This document shows, one piece after another, positions 25,749-39,000 of a DNA stretch of 64,000 nucleotides. Position 1 is the stretch's first letter, and every line of letters begins with the position of its first letter. Location: positions 1,178,001 through 1,242,000 of the forward strand of contig CM035352.1 of NCBI GenBank assembly GCA_020137815.1, in the 5' to 3' direction. This DNA comes from Hormiphora californensis. Its lineage: Eukaryota; Animalia; Ctenophora. Both the position numbers and the translations under genes were made by a program. The notes beneath the pieces were generated by a model. It had not been told where the DNA came from and made no database searches. It saw only the letters and a list, made by a program, of their open reading frames with translations.

Positions 25749-26979
25749 TCCTAACAATAACAATTATATTTTGAATTAACGAAAACTTTGTTTCGTTCTC
25801 CTGGAGAAACATGGTCGAGCAAGGTTGGAACAATTATTATCAATGAAAAAAACAATTATAGACCTCATGTCAATCAAGTTGTGAAATTTCCCACGGTCAT
25901 TGCTCCACCCCCTGGTTATAACTTATACAGAGACATGAAATTTTGAGGTTTAGTAAAGTCGGATTTTTTTGAAGTTGTCACTGGGTCACCCTTCTCGTGC
26001 GCTCGATTTTTTGTACCCCTAATCCGATCCCTATCAAATGCAGTAAACGTTTGGGGTGACAACTTCAAAATTCGACTTTAGATAATGTCGAGTTCTTCCT
26101 ATCCTCAAAATTTCAAGTCTTTATCTGATCAGGCCGGGGGTGGAGCAATGTCTAATGAGTAATGACAGTGAGAAATTTCTCAAACCCCGGGTGACGGCGC
26201 TTGCGGCTGAGCCACTCATCAGCAAGTCCCTGGGTGTCCGAACTCCGGGGAAAGGGGCGGCACGCTCAGTCAGGAGGTTTGGGGTTAAAACCCCCCACAA
26301 GCAGGGTCCAGCGGCGTAGGGACAAGGCCCATGCAGGCTACAAAGTGCAAGCAGGATCCAGGCCCTAGGGGGGGGGGGGGCTCGGAGTTGGCATACGTTG
26401 CAGGCCCCTTATAATATAATATAAGGGGCCTGGAGGGAATACCGCGCTAGGGGGGAATACATAATCAATCATATCTCCGGTTCCAGATAAGGTACAGAAA
26501 TCGTTTTGGTAGCGTTGGAAAGAGGAAGATAACAGCTTTCAAATGCAACCGGTTTCAGGTCTCTATCTTATCAGGAACAGGAGATATGAACCAAACTCCG
26601 CAAAATCGAGTGCGGTAAAATCAAAATTTGAATGAAATTTTTAAAAAGGTGTCCCTGCAAGAATCTGTGACGTCACTTTTTGAAAACAACCCATCTTTCA
26701 ACGGCTATTGCTCAGCCTCCTTAAGTCCAATTAACTTCTCTCAAAAACAGCAAGGTAGATAATCGTCAGATCTAACAACTGGTGAAAGAATCAAGTCAAA
26801 CGGACTTCAGGAGCCAAAGTTATAAGCACCGCCGTTTTTTCGACCGCAAAGTTATCTTCGACCCAGCCGGGATCAGGCCAAACGCGCGCGCGGCATTCCC
26901 TCCAGTCCCCTCGTTGCGGGGGTGCGCGCATGAGGGGGCTGCAGCGCATTCCAAGGCTCGGAGAGTCACTAAAGAATTT

Positions 26980-28005
26980 GGTAAGTCGGAAGAACGTGTC
27001 CGTTTGTCTCATGAGGCCTCATGAGGCGCCTCATGAGACCTCATGAGGCACTCATGAGGCGCCTCATGAGGCCTCATGAGACATTTTCAGCTGTTTTAGT
27101 GCCTCATGAGGCCTCATGAGACCTCATGAGGCACTCATGAGGCCTCATGAGGCCTCATGAGACACTGCTCATGAGGCCTCATGAGACATGTGCCTCATCC
27201 CGACTTTGTTTTGATGTCTCATGAGGCCTCATGAGCAGTTTTGACATGAGGCATGTCTCATGAGGCCTCATGAGGCATATCTCATGACACCTTAGAGTTA
27301 GTATAGCCATAGGGTTAAGGATAGGGTTAGAGTTAGCACCCGAGCACCGGGTTTCGGTTCCAGTTAGGGGTACGAGCCTAACCACTAGGCCTAGGGGTTA
27401 ACCCCAAACTTTTATGACAATATGATAAACCTAGGTCCAAGGCCTAGGGTTCAATCCTTAACCCAAACACTAATCCTAACCCTAACTTTAGGTTGGTATT
27501 AGGATTAAGGTTAGGGTTAGTGTTAGGGTTAAGGATAGACTTCTAGGCCTACGCCTATTGGTTGGGGTTAACCCCTAGGCTTAGTGGTTAGGTTCGTACT
27601 CCTAACTGGAACCGAAACCCGGTCCTAACTCTAACCCTAACCCTAACCCTAACCCTAACCCTATAGCTATACTAACTTTAAGGTATCATGAGATATGCCT
27701 CATGAGGCCTCATGAGACATGCCTCATGTCAAAACTGCTCATGAGGCCTCATGAGACATCAAAACAAAGTCGGGATGAGGCACATGTCTCATGAGGCCTC
27801 ATGAGCAGTGTCTCATGAGGCCTCATGAGGCCTCATGAGTGCCTCATGAGGCGCCTCATGAGGTCTCATGAGGCCTCATGAGGCACTAAAACAGCTGAAA
27901 ATGTCTCATGAGGCCTCATGAGGCGCCTCATGAGTGCCTCATGAGGTCTCATGAGGCGCCTCATGAGGCCTCATGAGACAAACGGACACGTTCTTCCGAC
28001 TTACC
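26980..28005. mobile_element. Palindromic non-autonomous element, GGTAAGTCGG termini, 8-bp TSD AAGAATTT (Merlin-like), CTCATGAG arrays, TTAGGG/CCCTAA-rich core
   Basis: AAGAATTT at 26972-26979 and 28006-28013; arms are near-perfect reverse complements. Confidence 0.8.
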
Positions 28006-28185
28006 AAGAATTTTAGCGTTTGCCGATTTTTCATTTTTGCAGATCCAGATCTCAGCTCCGGTCGTATCGTGCTGGCGTTTTTTTTAAAAAAAGCGGCGCG
28101 CTACGTTATTTTTTAAATTTAGCAGCGTAATAATAATGAAATCGCCGCCGCGCGCCGCAAAATAAAAACGCGTTCAGAAAATTAA

Positions 28186-28330
28186 TAGTGGAAGCTCTTA
28201 CGGTATTCCCACGCCCGTGGGAAAAGTGAGATAGATAGAAATACTAAGAGAGAGACATTTATCTCTCTTAGTATTTCTATCTATCTCTCTTTTCCCACGG
28301 CCGTGGGAATACCGTAAGAGCTTCCACTAT
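28186..28330. mobile_element. ~145-bp hairpin MITE
   Basis: atagtggaagctcttacggtattcccacg.. / ..cgtgggaataccgtaagagcttccactat. Confidence 0.7.
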
Positions 28331-28609
28331 AAAGTTTTTCTGGCACCACCAGAAATTTTTTAAACTGAGAGAGGTTGTAAAGGAAAACGTTAAAATCTGG
28401 GTGCCTTTCATTGCTAACAATTCGTAGTTTTGGCGCGCGCGACGGGTTAGGGCTATCCGTTAGGGTCTGGTTAGGGTTTGGTTTGGGGTTATCGGTTAGG
28501 GTTATCGATTCTCTAACTGATACCGTTTAGTTTACTCAAATCGGCCATGTGGTTCCATGGCTATAGCCGTTTGAAAAAAGTCGGTCTAAGTATACTCTTT
28601 TGGTAGCGC

Positions 28610-31600
28610 AAATACAAATACAAATACAATTATAATTTATATCCCGCTTTTGGGCCTATGCATTGTTAGTGCTAGGAGGACGCCGTTTCAATCAGTCGAT
28701 TGAAGCAACGCACCCACCACTAACAAGCCTTCTAAAGCGGCTCTTATAGGATTATAAGATCCTAAAGGCCTTAAAAAACCGTCGGCAGTCATTCGATATA
28801 ATATATATAAATGTATGTAGAAAATAAGGGTTATAAAATATCTAATTAAGAAATAGCGTAATTAATTCGTTGAGTGATTAAGTAGTTAGATAATTGAGAA
28901 ATTAACTAGTTAGATAATTGATAATTCACTAGTTAGATAATTAACTAGTTAGATAATTAACTGTTGATTAATAAGTACATAGTGTAAATACTAAGTAAGT
29001 AGTATAGTTTAATAATTAATTCAAGTAAAAGGCTAGTGATCTAAAAAGGAGGCGAATAGCTAAGTAATTAGTTAATGGATAAAGTAACTGTAACAGGATA
29101 ACCGATAAGGTAATACACACTAACCATATTAATTGCTATATAAGGTTATGATCTAATAAATGGCCTATGGAAAATTCTAAAGAAGCTGGTAATAAATTAA
29201 TGAATAACGAGGTAGAAAAATAAAAAAGCAAGAGACCAGAGGTCAGTCAGATAGGTTAAATACAAAGCTGTTAATAAATTAATTAATTGGAGCGGTAAAA
29301 AATAAAAAGGCAGGAGACCAGTGCAATGGCCAGTCAGAATAAGTTAATTAATGCGGTTGGGTTTAAAATTTAATGTACGATAAAAACGTTAAGCTAATTA
29401 TAGTAAGCTGTAAGATAGATAACTGTACTAGACGTAAGTATTTAGGTTCTAATTTAAAGTAATTTTAAGGTAACTAGGATAGAGAAGATATAAAATTAAG
29501 AGCTGCCCAACTTAGAAACTCTAGAGTCTATTCTCCAAACACACTCGTATAAAGTCCATGTATGTTTATCGTCTTGATGTCTTCGAGAACGTAATACCCT
29601 CCGTGATGTTCACTGAACATTGTTCAGGCTGGCTCACTCGCTCGCTCAAAGAACCTATGACTCTACTCTAGCCAGAAAGGAAAGAAACTCAACACACACT
29701 GTCACAATACAACCAGAAAATATACTCAAAAAACTCGACACTCTTGACATGATATCAGACCCCTACTCTGCTCATATGTTGGAGGAAAGGACTTCAGATG
29801 ATGATGTAGTTATAGGGGATGTAGTCAAAATAGGAATGTAGTAATGATAGGAATGTAGCACAGTAGAGGAATGTAGGACGTAAAAGGAAAGACCTCCCAT
29901 CCGAGACTTCACCACAACACAGCCTTTCCCACAGCCTATCCCACGATGAATCTAAAACTCCAAACCGAGACTCAGCAGATCACCTCAAAACCTCACTTCA
30001 AAGCCAAAAGAGTCACCACTTCAAAGACCCTACCACCACATCACATGCTACACCACCACTTCACATACTTCACCACCACTTCACAGACTCCACCGCCACT
30101 TCACAGACTCCACCACTACTTCACAGACTCCACCACCACTTCACAGACTCCACCACCACTTCACAAACTTCACCACCACTTCACAGACTCCACCACCACT
30201 TCACAGACCTCACCACCACTTCACAGACACCACCACTTCACAGACACCACCACTTCACAGACTCCACCACCACTGCACAGACACCACCACCACCACTTCA
30301 CAGACTCCACCACCACTTCACAGACTCCACCACCACTTCACAGACCCCACCACCACTTCACAGACTCCACCGGAAGACCACACTACAAACCCCCGATGCA
30401 ACAAAAGCCTAACACAAACGCCAGGACAGAAAACAAACCACAACCCACACAGAAGACTTCTAACGCCAAAACTACCCAAATGCCTTTCCAAACAGATGCG
30501 TCTTCAGATCTCTTTTAAAACTGTTTAAGGATTCGGCAGATCTAAGTCTTCTTGGCAATTGGTTCCAAAACTTCGGGCCGCATACACTGAAGGCACTTTC
30601 GTTTAGTTTATACCTAGCCCTTGGTGTCTCCAAGAGAAGGTTGTCGTCATCTTTTCTGAGACTCATAGATTTCCTCCTTCTTTTTTGAATTCGGTCAGAT
30701 AAGTAGCCAGGTGCAACACCGTTGACACATTTATACACCAGTACACATACTTTGAACTCAATTCTCTCAGCTACTGGGAGAAAGTGCAGTGCTTTTCTCA
30801 AGTTGGTAGTACCCCTCCATTTTCTCTGGCCATAAATGAACCTTGCAGCAGCATTCTGGATCTTTTGCAGTCTGTCTAAATTCTTCTTCGTAATACCAGT
30901 CAACAGGGAGTTACAGTAGTCCAACTTAGAGTGTATAAGGCTCGCCACAAGGGTAGTCTTTAGTTTCCTTGAAAGTTTACCTCCTACCCTCCATAGATTC
31001 ACCAATGTAGCATTACAGGAGTTGACGATTCTGGTCACATGTTCATCAAAAGATAGCCTATCATCAAAATACACTCCCAGATTCCTCACAGAAGTAGCAA
31101 CAGGTAAAGGTTCAGCGCCCTCAACCAGCTGGAAAGAGCTTTGAGTATTGGAGTCTTTAGGCGATAATATCAGGATCTCAGTCTTAGATGGATTGAGACG
31201 CAGGAAGCTCGCTGTTAGCCAAGACTGAATGTCCGTGGCACACTTTCGAAGTCTCTGTTCGGTCTCCACAAAGTTCTCAGTCGAAAAAGCGGCGTATATC
31301 TGGGTATCATCAGCATAAAAATGAATATGTACACCATTCCTTAAGGCAATCGATTCCAGCTCTGCAGTGTAGCATATAAAAAGAATAGGGCCCAAAATAG
31401 AACCCTGAGGCACCCCGATACCAATTGCTGTAAGAGTCGACTTAACCTGCCCAACCGATACTGACGCAGTTCTCCCCGTGAGATAGCTCTCAAACCATGC
31501 TAAAGATGTACCTTTCACCCCATACAACTTCTTAAGTCGTTGTAGCAAGACAGAATGGTTAACAGTATCGAATGCAGCACTCATATCTAAGAGTAAAAGT

Positions 31601-32430
31601 GCAACCTTCGATTTATCGTCTGTTAGCATTAGTAGATCATCCAGAATGCGGAGAGTCGCCGTCTCACAGCTCTTGTTCGCACGGTAGGCAGACTGGTTTT
31701 TGGGCAGTAACGCATGGTCTTCAAGGTGCTTCACAAACTGATCTGCTGCACATCTCTCGATAAGTTTACCAAGAAAAGGCAAGTTACTGACGGGTCTATA
31801 GTTACCAAGATCATCCGGATCTAGACCAGCTTTCTTGATGAGGGGTCGAATCAGAGCAGTCTTGAGTTCAGAAGGAAAGACCCCCGTGGTTAAGCTAGAG
31901 TTGACGATTTTAGAAAGGATAGGCAATAATTCAGCAAAGAGACTCCGCACATATGATGTGGGAAGAGGATCCAACTCACAATGCTTTGTCCCCATGTCAA
32001 ATAAAGTTGCTCGGAGTGTCTCATCAGAGATGCTTGTAAACTCGAAATCAGGCGGTGTGTTGGAATGTGTAGTGGGGTCTTGAAAGTGGGGCAAGTCTTG
32101 TCGTTCCTTATCCATCGCACTGTAGATCTTTTCGACCTTCCCTTTGAAAGCAGCCATAAAAGAATCAGCTAGATCCGTATGTGCTATGTTAGTAGGTACA
32201 ACCGCTGGTTTCTGTCTACCCAAGAGATAGTTGGTGGTTTGCCATGTTCCCCGTGGATCATGCCGCTGTCCTTCCAGCTTCGCTGCAAAAAATCCTTCTC
32301 TCACACTCCGTAACACCCGCTCAGTCTCTTTGTCTTGTTCAGCAGAATCCTGGTACAAATTCAACAACTCCATTGGATCTGTTGATTTCCCCAATTTACC
32401 CCAGTACTTTCTTTCCTGTAAACAGGCTGC
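28610..32430 (-). mobile_element. 5'-truncated L2/CR1-clade LINE; reverse transcriptase ORF 32394-30472, long putative 3' UTR ending in (TGTATT)n
   Basis: RT motifs NYRPVSNLPFLGKLIER, LLLDMSAAFDTVNH, GVPQGSILGPILF, YADDTQIY, SKLDYCNSLL and SFKRDLKTHLF; no endonuclease domain. Extent of the 3' UTR is inferred. Confidence 0.9.
30040..30371. repeat. 21-bp minisatellite (CACCACCACTTCACAGACTCC-like) downstream of LINE ORF
   Basis: Visible tandem units. Confidence 0.9.
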
Positions 32431-33037
32431 AAGGTACCCAGATTATAATCGCGCCCGGTTGTAAAGTCCTGCCTTACCGGTTACCCCGCGACAGGGCCCA
32501 GAGCCAGCAACGTTTGCCAAGGCTAGAGGTGCCTCTCTTAAGCACCTTCTCCTCGGCTGTTGAAAAGTGATGCCAATTGGTGTTAGGGTTTAAACTGGCG
32601 CCGCTTTAGAAGGCTTGTTAGTGGTGGGTGCGTTGCTTCAATCGACTGATTAAAGCGGCGTTCTCCTAGCACTATCAATGCATAGGCCCAAAAGCGGGAT
32701 CAATTATGATTGTATTTGTATTAAATGGCACTCGGAGTTACAGTCGGTCCCATTGCGTTCATCTCCAAATTATAATAACAGTTCTGTCCCTAAATCGGGG
32801 TGCCACTAAATCGGGGGCCCTAAATCGGGGTCCGACTGTATTAACTCAATCTCGATTTAAGGAAGCCGCTTTAGAAAGTTCTTAACTATCCATTAAGGTT
32901 TATCTTTTTGTAAGTGTTAGTTTGTAATATGTGCTAAAAAGCGGGATAATAAGTGTATATTGATGATGATATATTGATGAGTTGCATCCCAGTAGAATGG
33001 TGTATGTGGGATCCACGTGACCGCAATATCAGTCCAT

Positions 33038-35755
33038 ATGGAAGGAAATTACATCCCCCATTCGGACACAACATCGTCCCTTGGTTCATCATACAACACT
33101 CGAGCTAGAAATGGTAGACAGCCCCGTAATACAGGTCAATACACCGTGATGGACGGCTCTGATTCTGTACTATCTGACAGTGATTCTTACCAATGTGATG
33201 ACAACTACCTAAACAATTGTTATGATTCGGATAACTATGATGTAGCCGATGTTTTGGTCCAGACTGTGCCAATTCGAACACGATCCACTTCCAGGCTGAT
33301 TCAAGCTGAGGAAAAGTATATACGAACCGAGATTGAGTTACAGGAACGGTACGGTAAAAATGTTCAACCGCTGAAATATGTAGCACCAAAGCCGGCGGTT
33401 ACTATCAAGGTTGTGCCCGTCGCTAAAACTAAAAAATTCCGGTGCAAATGTTTGGTGGTATTCCCGACAGAGGAGCAGTTACACGAGCACATCAGAACGA
33501 TGCATCCAGTAAGGGATTTCAAGTGTATTGCATGTCCCATGTCATTCGACACAAGTTCCGCTCTTGATGCCCACGTGTACACTCATATTGGTGTCCAGCC
33601 GTACTGGTGTAAAATATGTCAACAGTGTTTCTCCACACTAAGCAACCTGACCTGGCACCAGCGACATCCACCCTATTCCTGTAGAAAATTCACTCACCCT
33701 GGCAGTACAGAAATAAGAAGGACATATACATATACAGGGGTGCCTAGAAAAAAGGCTAAGGTGGATAAGTCTGAGGAGGCAGCAACGGACTGTGCCACTG
33801 CAATGTATACTGTTAAACAAGAGCCTGGTAGCTGGGTTTTCAAAAAATGCAAACCAACCAACCAATTGGAAAGCTCGTGTCCCGAGGAACCAACGGCCAA
33901 ATTTGACAACACAAGAAGTGTACCAACCCAGACACCTGAAACTACTTCTAAGGAGGTCCAGGTTGACATTGGAGAGTCGAGCAGCAACTTTTTAGCGGCC
34001 CCTCAACCTTCAGATCTTCATAATAATCGTAAGTTTCACTCAGTCTCTTGGTCGATTACTAATTACTTACTAATCACTTACTAATCACTTACTAATTAAT
34101 TACTTTGACTAGCTTCCAATTTCTACTGTTTAAAATAAGATTTAGTTTTCATGCTAATCCTCCCATTATTTTCAGAGGGGGAGACTAAAAAAGCTCCGAC
34201 TATGAAAGCACCGAAAAACTCCAAAAAAGGACATGGCACTAATCGAGGGGCCTTCTTATGCAAATTGAGGGGCTGTTGGAAAAGATGGCAGACATTGGAA
34301 GAGTTAGACCTACATATAAGAAACGGTCATCCTAGGAAAGAATTCCAGTGTAGTGAGTGTGACATGTCATACAAAACAGTAGGTGCGTTGGCATCTCACC
34401 AGAAATCACACAGTCTTTCGAGAAAGTTCGTGTGCGAATACTGTGGATTCCCGTTCTTGTTGGCTCACAGGCGGCTGAACCATCTTAAAAGTGAACCATT
34501 CAGGTGCCAGTATTATATCCGAAATACGAATTCTAAGGGAGGTAAGAGGTGCACGTTTTTATCGCTCTCCATGAAAGTGTACGATCACGTGATCGGTGAT
34601 CACCCCGTGAAAAGGTTCAAATGTAAATTATGCCCACTTTCCTTCGACTCATCGGGGAGCGTATGGAAGCACAGGAATAGAGAACATACTAAGAAGAGCG
34701 ATGATAACCAGCCGACTATAGGAGACTCACCGGATGAAATGCCAGCACTGGAGTCGGCCATCTTGGAACATGTGGAAATGCCATGTTCCGAATCCACCTC
34801 ACCTCAGAGTGACCCATCCAGTCCAAAATCTTCTGGATCACAGGTTCACCCTGACGTTCAACTGGCTTCCATTTCTACAGGCAACACTGCAACTTCTTCA
34901 ACTGATCCTTCTGAACCAGGTTTGTAAAGTAAACCCCGGGTGTAATTACTGAACTTTTTAGGGATCCCTATACTTTAGACTTTAAATATTTCAGGCGAGG
35001 GAAGATCTTCCGAAAAATTGGTAATCCGACAACTCAAGAACAACGGATTAAATACTCAAGCATTTCGGTGTCACCTGCGAAATTGTTCGTTTACCACCTG
35101 TACGTCTCAGGAGACACTGTTTGAGCACTATCGAAATGATCATCCTGTTAAAGAATTCGTGTGCAGTGAGTGTCCCATGTCATTCGATAATAAGATTTGT
35201 CTCAATATTCACATGAGAGTTCATAGTGGAGAAAAGAAACATGCGTGTAAGTACTGTGGGAAGTTGTTTTCTCAACGTAACAACATGCTGACACATCAAG
35301 GCCGGCATACGGAGTTTAAATGCAAATACAGGGGATGTATCGTTATAAAACGCAGCCAGGAGGATTTGTTTGACCACATCAGGAATGAACACCCTATCAA
35401 AGAGTATATGTGCGACCAATGCCCTATGTCATTTGATACTGCTTATCTGATGAATAGTCACAAGATTTGTCACAACGATTCCAGACCTTTTCCCTGTGAA
35501 ATTTGTGGAAAAACGTTCAAGAAAAAGCACTTTGTTGAGGCTCACAAGTTTACAGTACACTCGGGTATTAAACCGTTTGTTTGTCAAGTGTGCGGAAAAG
35601 CTTTTGCGCTGAAAAATAGCCTTGTAAGACACAGACTGATACATACGGGTGAAAAATTGTATGCGTGTGTATACTGTGGAAAGAGATACCAAAGTACTGG
35701 CATTTTGAACAACCACCAGCGAATTTGTAGGAAGAGATCTCCTGATGATTTGTAA
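33038..35755 (+). CDS. Multi-C2H2 zinc-finger protein (~830 aa, 3 exons)
   Basis: Exons 33038-34028, 34176-34919 and 34995-35755 join in frame via phase-1 GT-AG introns; HSGEK/HTGEK/HSGIKPF linkers. Confidence 0.88.
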
Positions 35756-36007
35756 TGAATTACGATTTATTTTATTCTATACCTCCATATTTTACATGTT
35801 TTAAAATGTTTTTACGGCGGGTTTTTATTATGTGTGTACTGTGTATGTTTGATTTTGCATGTCCTTAATTTGATTCATTTTATAAGTATTATAATCATTG
35901 AAATAGAAGAACAATCTAATGGCTATTCTTCAATCGATAAGTTGTTCTTAAAATCCCTTTGACAGGGAAAGAATTGTAACTGACGATATAACCTCCCAGT
36001 AGGCACA

Positions 36008-39000
36008 ATGTCCTCTCGATTTTTCACCCAAGCGGGAGACAGCAGCGATGAGAGCTCCTCTTCTGAGTCCGGAGGAGAGGAGGTGCCCGTGTCAAGGGCC
36101 CCAATTCGCCAGTATGCCTCTATTTTGGAGGAGAGTGATGATGAGAAGAGGGTTGTAAGGAGCAGTAAAGACAAGCGGTTCAGCGAGATTAACGAGGCAA
36201 TAAAGGCCATCAGGAACGCAAAGAAGATCAAGGATATTTCCAAGGTTTTCGAAGGTACGTGACAGTAGGTTGAGGTCACCACACGTTTTGTTATCAGGCT
36301 TCTTTTTCTAAGTAATAAGTTCTAGCTTGCTGACGTGTTCTTCTATGCTAGTTCCTATATTACCACGGTTTATCCCACCACATAATCCCCCACCTAGGGT
36401 TCAACTCTCTCTGTTCGACTTATACCAAGTCACAGAACGTCATCGCAAAGAACGGAACCCCCAAGGCATTCATCAGGTACCTAACCAAGAATTATTCTAT
36501 CAAGTAAAATGATTTGATACTGGTGACAGTACTCGACAGCTTTATCTGTAGCTTGAACTTTTTGTTACCATTTGTATTCCTCAATTGTGTGTTGTTTCTC
36601 ATAACCAGCCCTACTTGACAGACCGTGTGTTGTTTCTCATAACCCTTCTTGACAGGTGTGTTGCCGATTTAGAGAAGTTCGTGTTGGCTGTCTGGGAGGA
36701 CAAGGAGCAGAGATCCAAACTAAACAAGATCAACTCTAAAGCTCTGGGTGCACTAAAACAAAATGTCAGGAAGTTTAACAAGGCATTTGAGACTGATATT
36801 GAGGAATATAGGAAGGTGAGTTTTTGATGTGATTTCAGTGTTCACAATAAGGAAGCATTCAATGACTCGTTGTGAGTGTGTACTATTTATCGTGATTTAC
36901 GACACCAGTTTATTAAACATGGTTCATTTCAGAACCCTGATAACTACGAAGAGGTCATTGAGGAGGATGAGAGTGATAATGGTAGGTTACCTAATCAGTA
37001 GTGCTTCATTTCAACATTTCGTTCGGTTTTTGTGGGCCAGATGCTGGGGGAAGTGTTACGTAAGCCGGGTCTCAGAACTCGAATGTGATTTGTACTGCGC
37101 GCTCTCTCCCTCTCATGTAAAGCACATCCCCTCAACATTTGTGTTGCGCGTCACATAGCGGTAAATCATCTCTATCGATGGTGGCGGTTCCCGCACCAAA
37201 CTTGAAACTTTACCATCCGGCTAGGGATGCCGAATACCCGACCTGATCGACCACCTCGGTCATTCCAGAATAAATAACACGGTATCTAACATTTGCATGC
37301 CTTTCAGATGATGATATTGAGACTGCCAAGGATTCCGCCAAACAGGCAAAGAAGTCCCGCACATCTGTAAGTTACACTTGTCACTTATTACTTACTCCCA
37401 TTCTCTGTAGTCATCCCTAACTCCTATTCTCTGTAGTCATCCCTAACTCCTATTCTCTGTAGTCATCCCTAACTCCTATTCTCTGTAGTCATCCCTTACT
37501 CCTATTCTCTGTAGTCATCCCTAACTCCTATTCTCTGTAGTCATCCCTAACTCCTATTCTCTGTAGTCAACCCTAACTCCTATTCTCTGTAGTCATCCCT
37601 AACTCCTATTCTCTTTAGTCAATAGTCATCCCTTACTCCTATTCTCTTTAGTCAACCCTAACTCCTATTCTCTGTAGTCACTAGTCATCCCTAACTCCTA
37701 TTCTCTTTAGTCATCCCTAACTCCTATTCTCTTTAGTCATCCCTAACTCCTATTCTCTGTAGTCACTAGTCATCCCTAACTCCTATTCTCTTTAGTCATC
37801 CCTAACTCCTATTCTCTTTAGTCATCCCTAACTCCTATTCTCTGTAGTCATCCCTAACTCATATTCTCTTTAGTCATCCCTAACTCCTATTATCTGTAGT
37901 CAACCCTAACTCCTATTCTCTTTAGTCATCCCGAGCATTTGATGAGGATGATGAAGAAGCTGGAGGGGATGGTATGAGCGATGATGACAGTGATGATATG
38001 TGGGATGAGAGCGATGATTCAAGCTCTTCTGATGATGAGATGCCTGCTATCGGTTATACTGCCGCTTATTTCCTTAAAAAGTACATATTAAAAAGGAAGG
38101 ATAAAGAGGGTCAATATCTTGTTTTGTTCAAACCCCGGGGTGAGACAGTATCGAGGAAGTAATATCTTTTTATCTTCCAGGAAAGATGATGATAAGAAAG
38201 AGAGACCTGAGAGAAAGAAGAAGGCCCCCAAACAGCAGCAGCCCAGGACCTCAACTAGCAAAGAGGATGAAGGATGGACCACTGTCAGTGGCGTGGAGAA
38301 AGTCGCAAAGGTAAGAGCCCAAAAATGACGTAGTTCGAGGATCAAACATTAAACAATATTTACTTTTCGGAGTCAATAAAATAAAAACTAACATAACAAA
38401 CAGCCCAGCTAACAGGTCATATATAAAAGCAGTCAATTAATTTGATGGACACAATTTAATTGAATCAAATCGTGTCTATGGCAACCCATGTTTTCCCCAG
38501 GAGAAGCCTCTATTTGAGGAGGGAACAGAGATTACAGTTGACGTGGTGAACCAGAAGATTGCAGAGCTGTCCTCCATCCGAGGGAGAAGGGGTGCCAACA
38601 GAAAGAAAAATATTGAGACTTTCGAACTGCTCACAGAGACCTGCTACAAGGAGAATCTGGGTTAGTGGAAGAGAAATATAATTATCATCATCATATTTGA
38701 AATGTTGATGAAGTTTCTGCGTGAAGCTGTTTATACAGTGGTAACTTTCCTCAATTTATCATTCACACCTCACCAGGTATCCCGGTTGTCGCCAAGTGTC
38801 TTTACTACACCTGCCTTGCCATCTTCGACTACAATCCCAGTATGTCTGCGTGCATGGTGGTAGACATCTGGGTGCAGCTCCTAGTCACCCTGGACAAACT
38901 CCTCACCCTCCTGGAGGGTCACAGGGAGGTCCACTTTGTAGAGGGGTTACCCGATGAAGAGGAGAACCTTGAGGTGAGTAGGGGGGGTCGTCATGTTAAT

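Noticed and set aside
27300-27665. True telomere or chromosome-fusion site
   Set aside because: Short and degenerate, and enclosed in an element with TIRs and a TSD. A similar degenerate patch occurs at 28444-28503.
29946-30518. 190-aa His/Thr/Pro-rich ORF
   Set aside because: Translation of the 21-bp minisatellite, antisense to the LINE.
37393-37932. CRISPR-like array
   Set aside because: No unique spacers, no cas genes, eukaryotic context.
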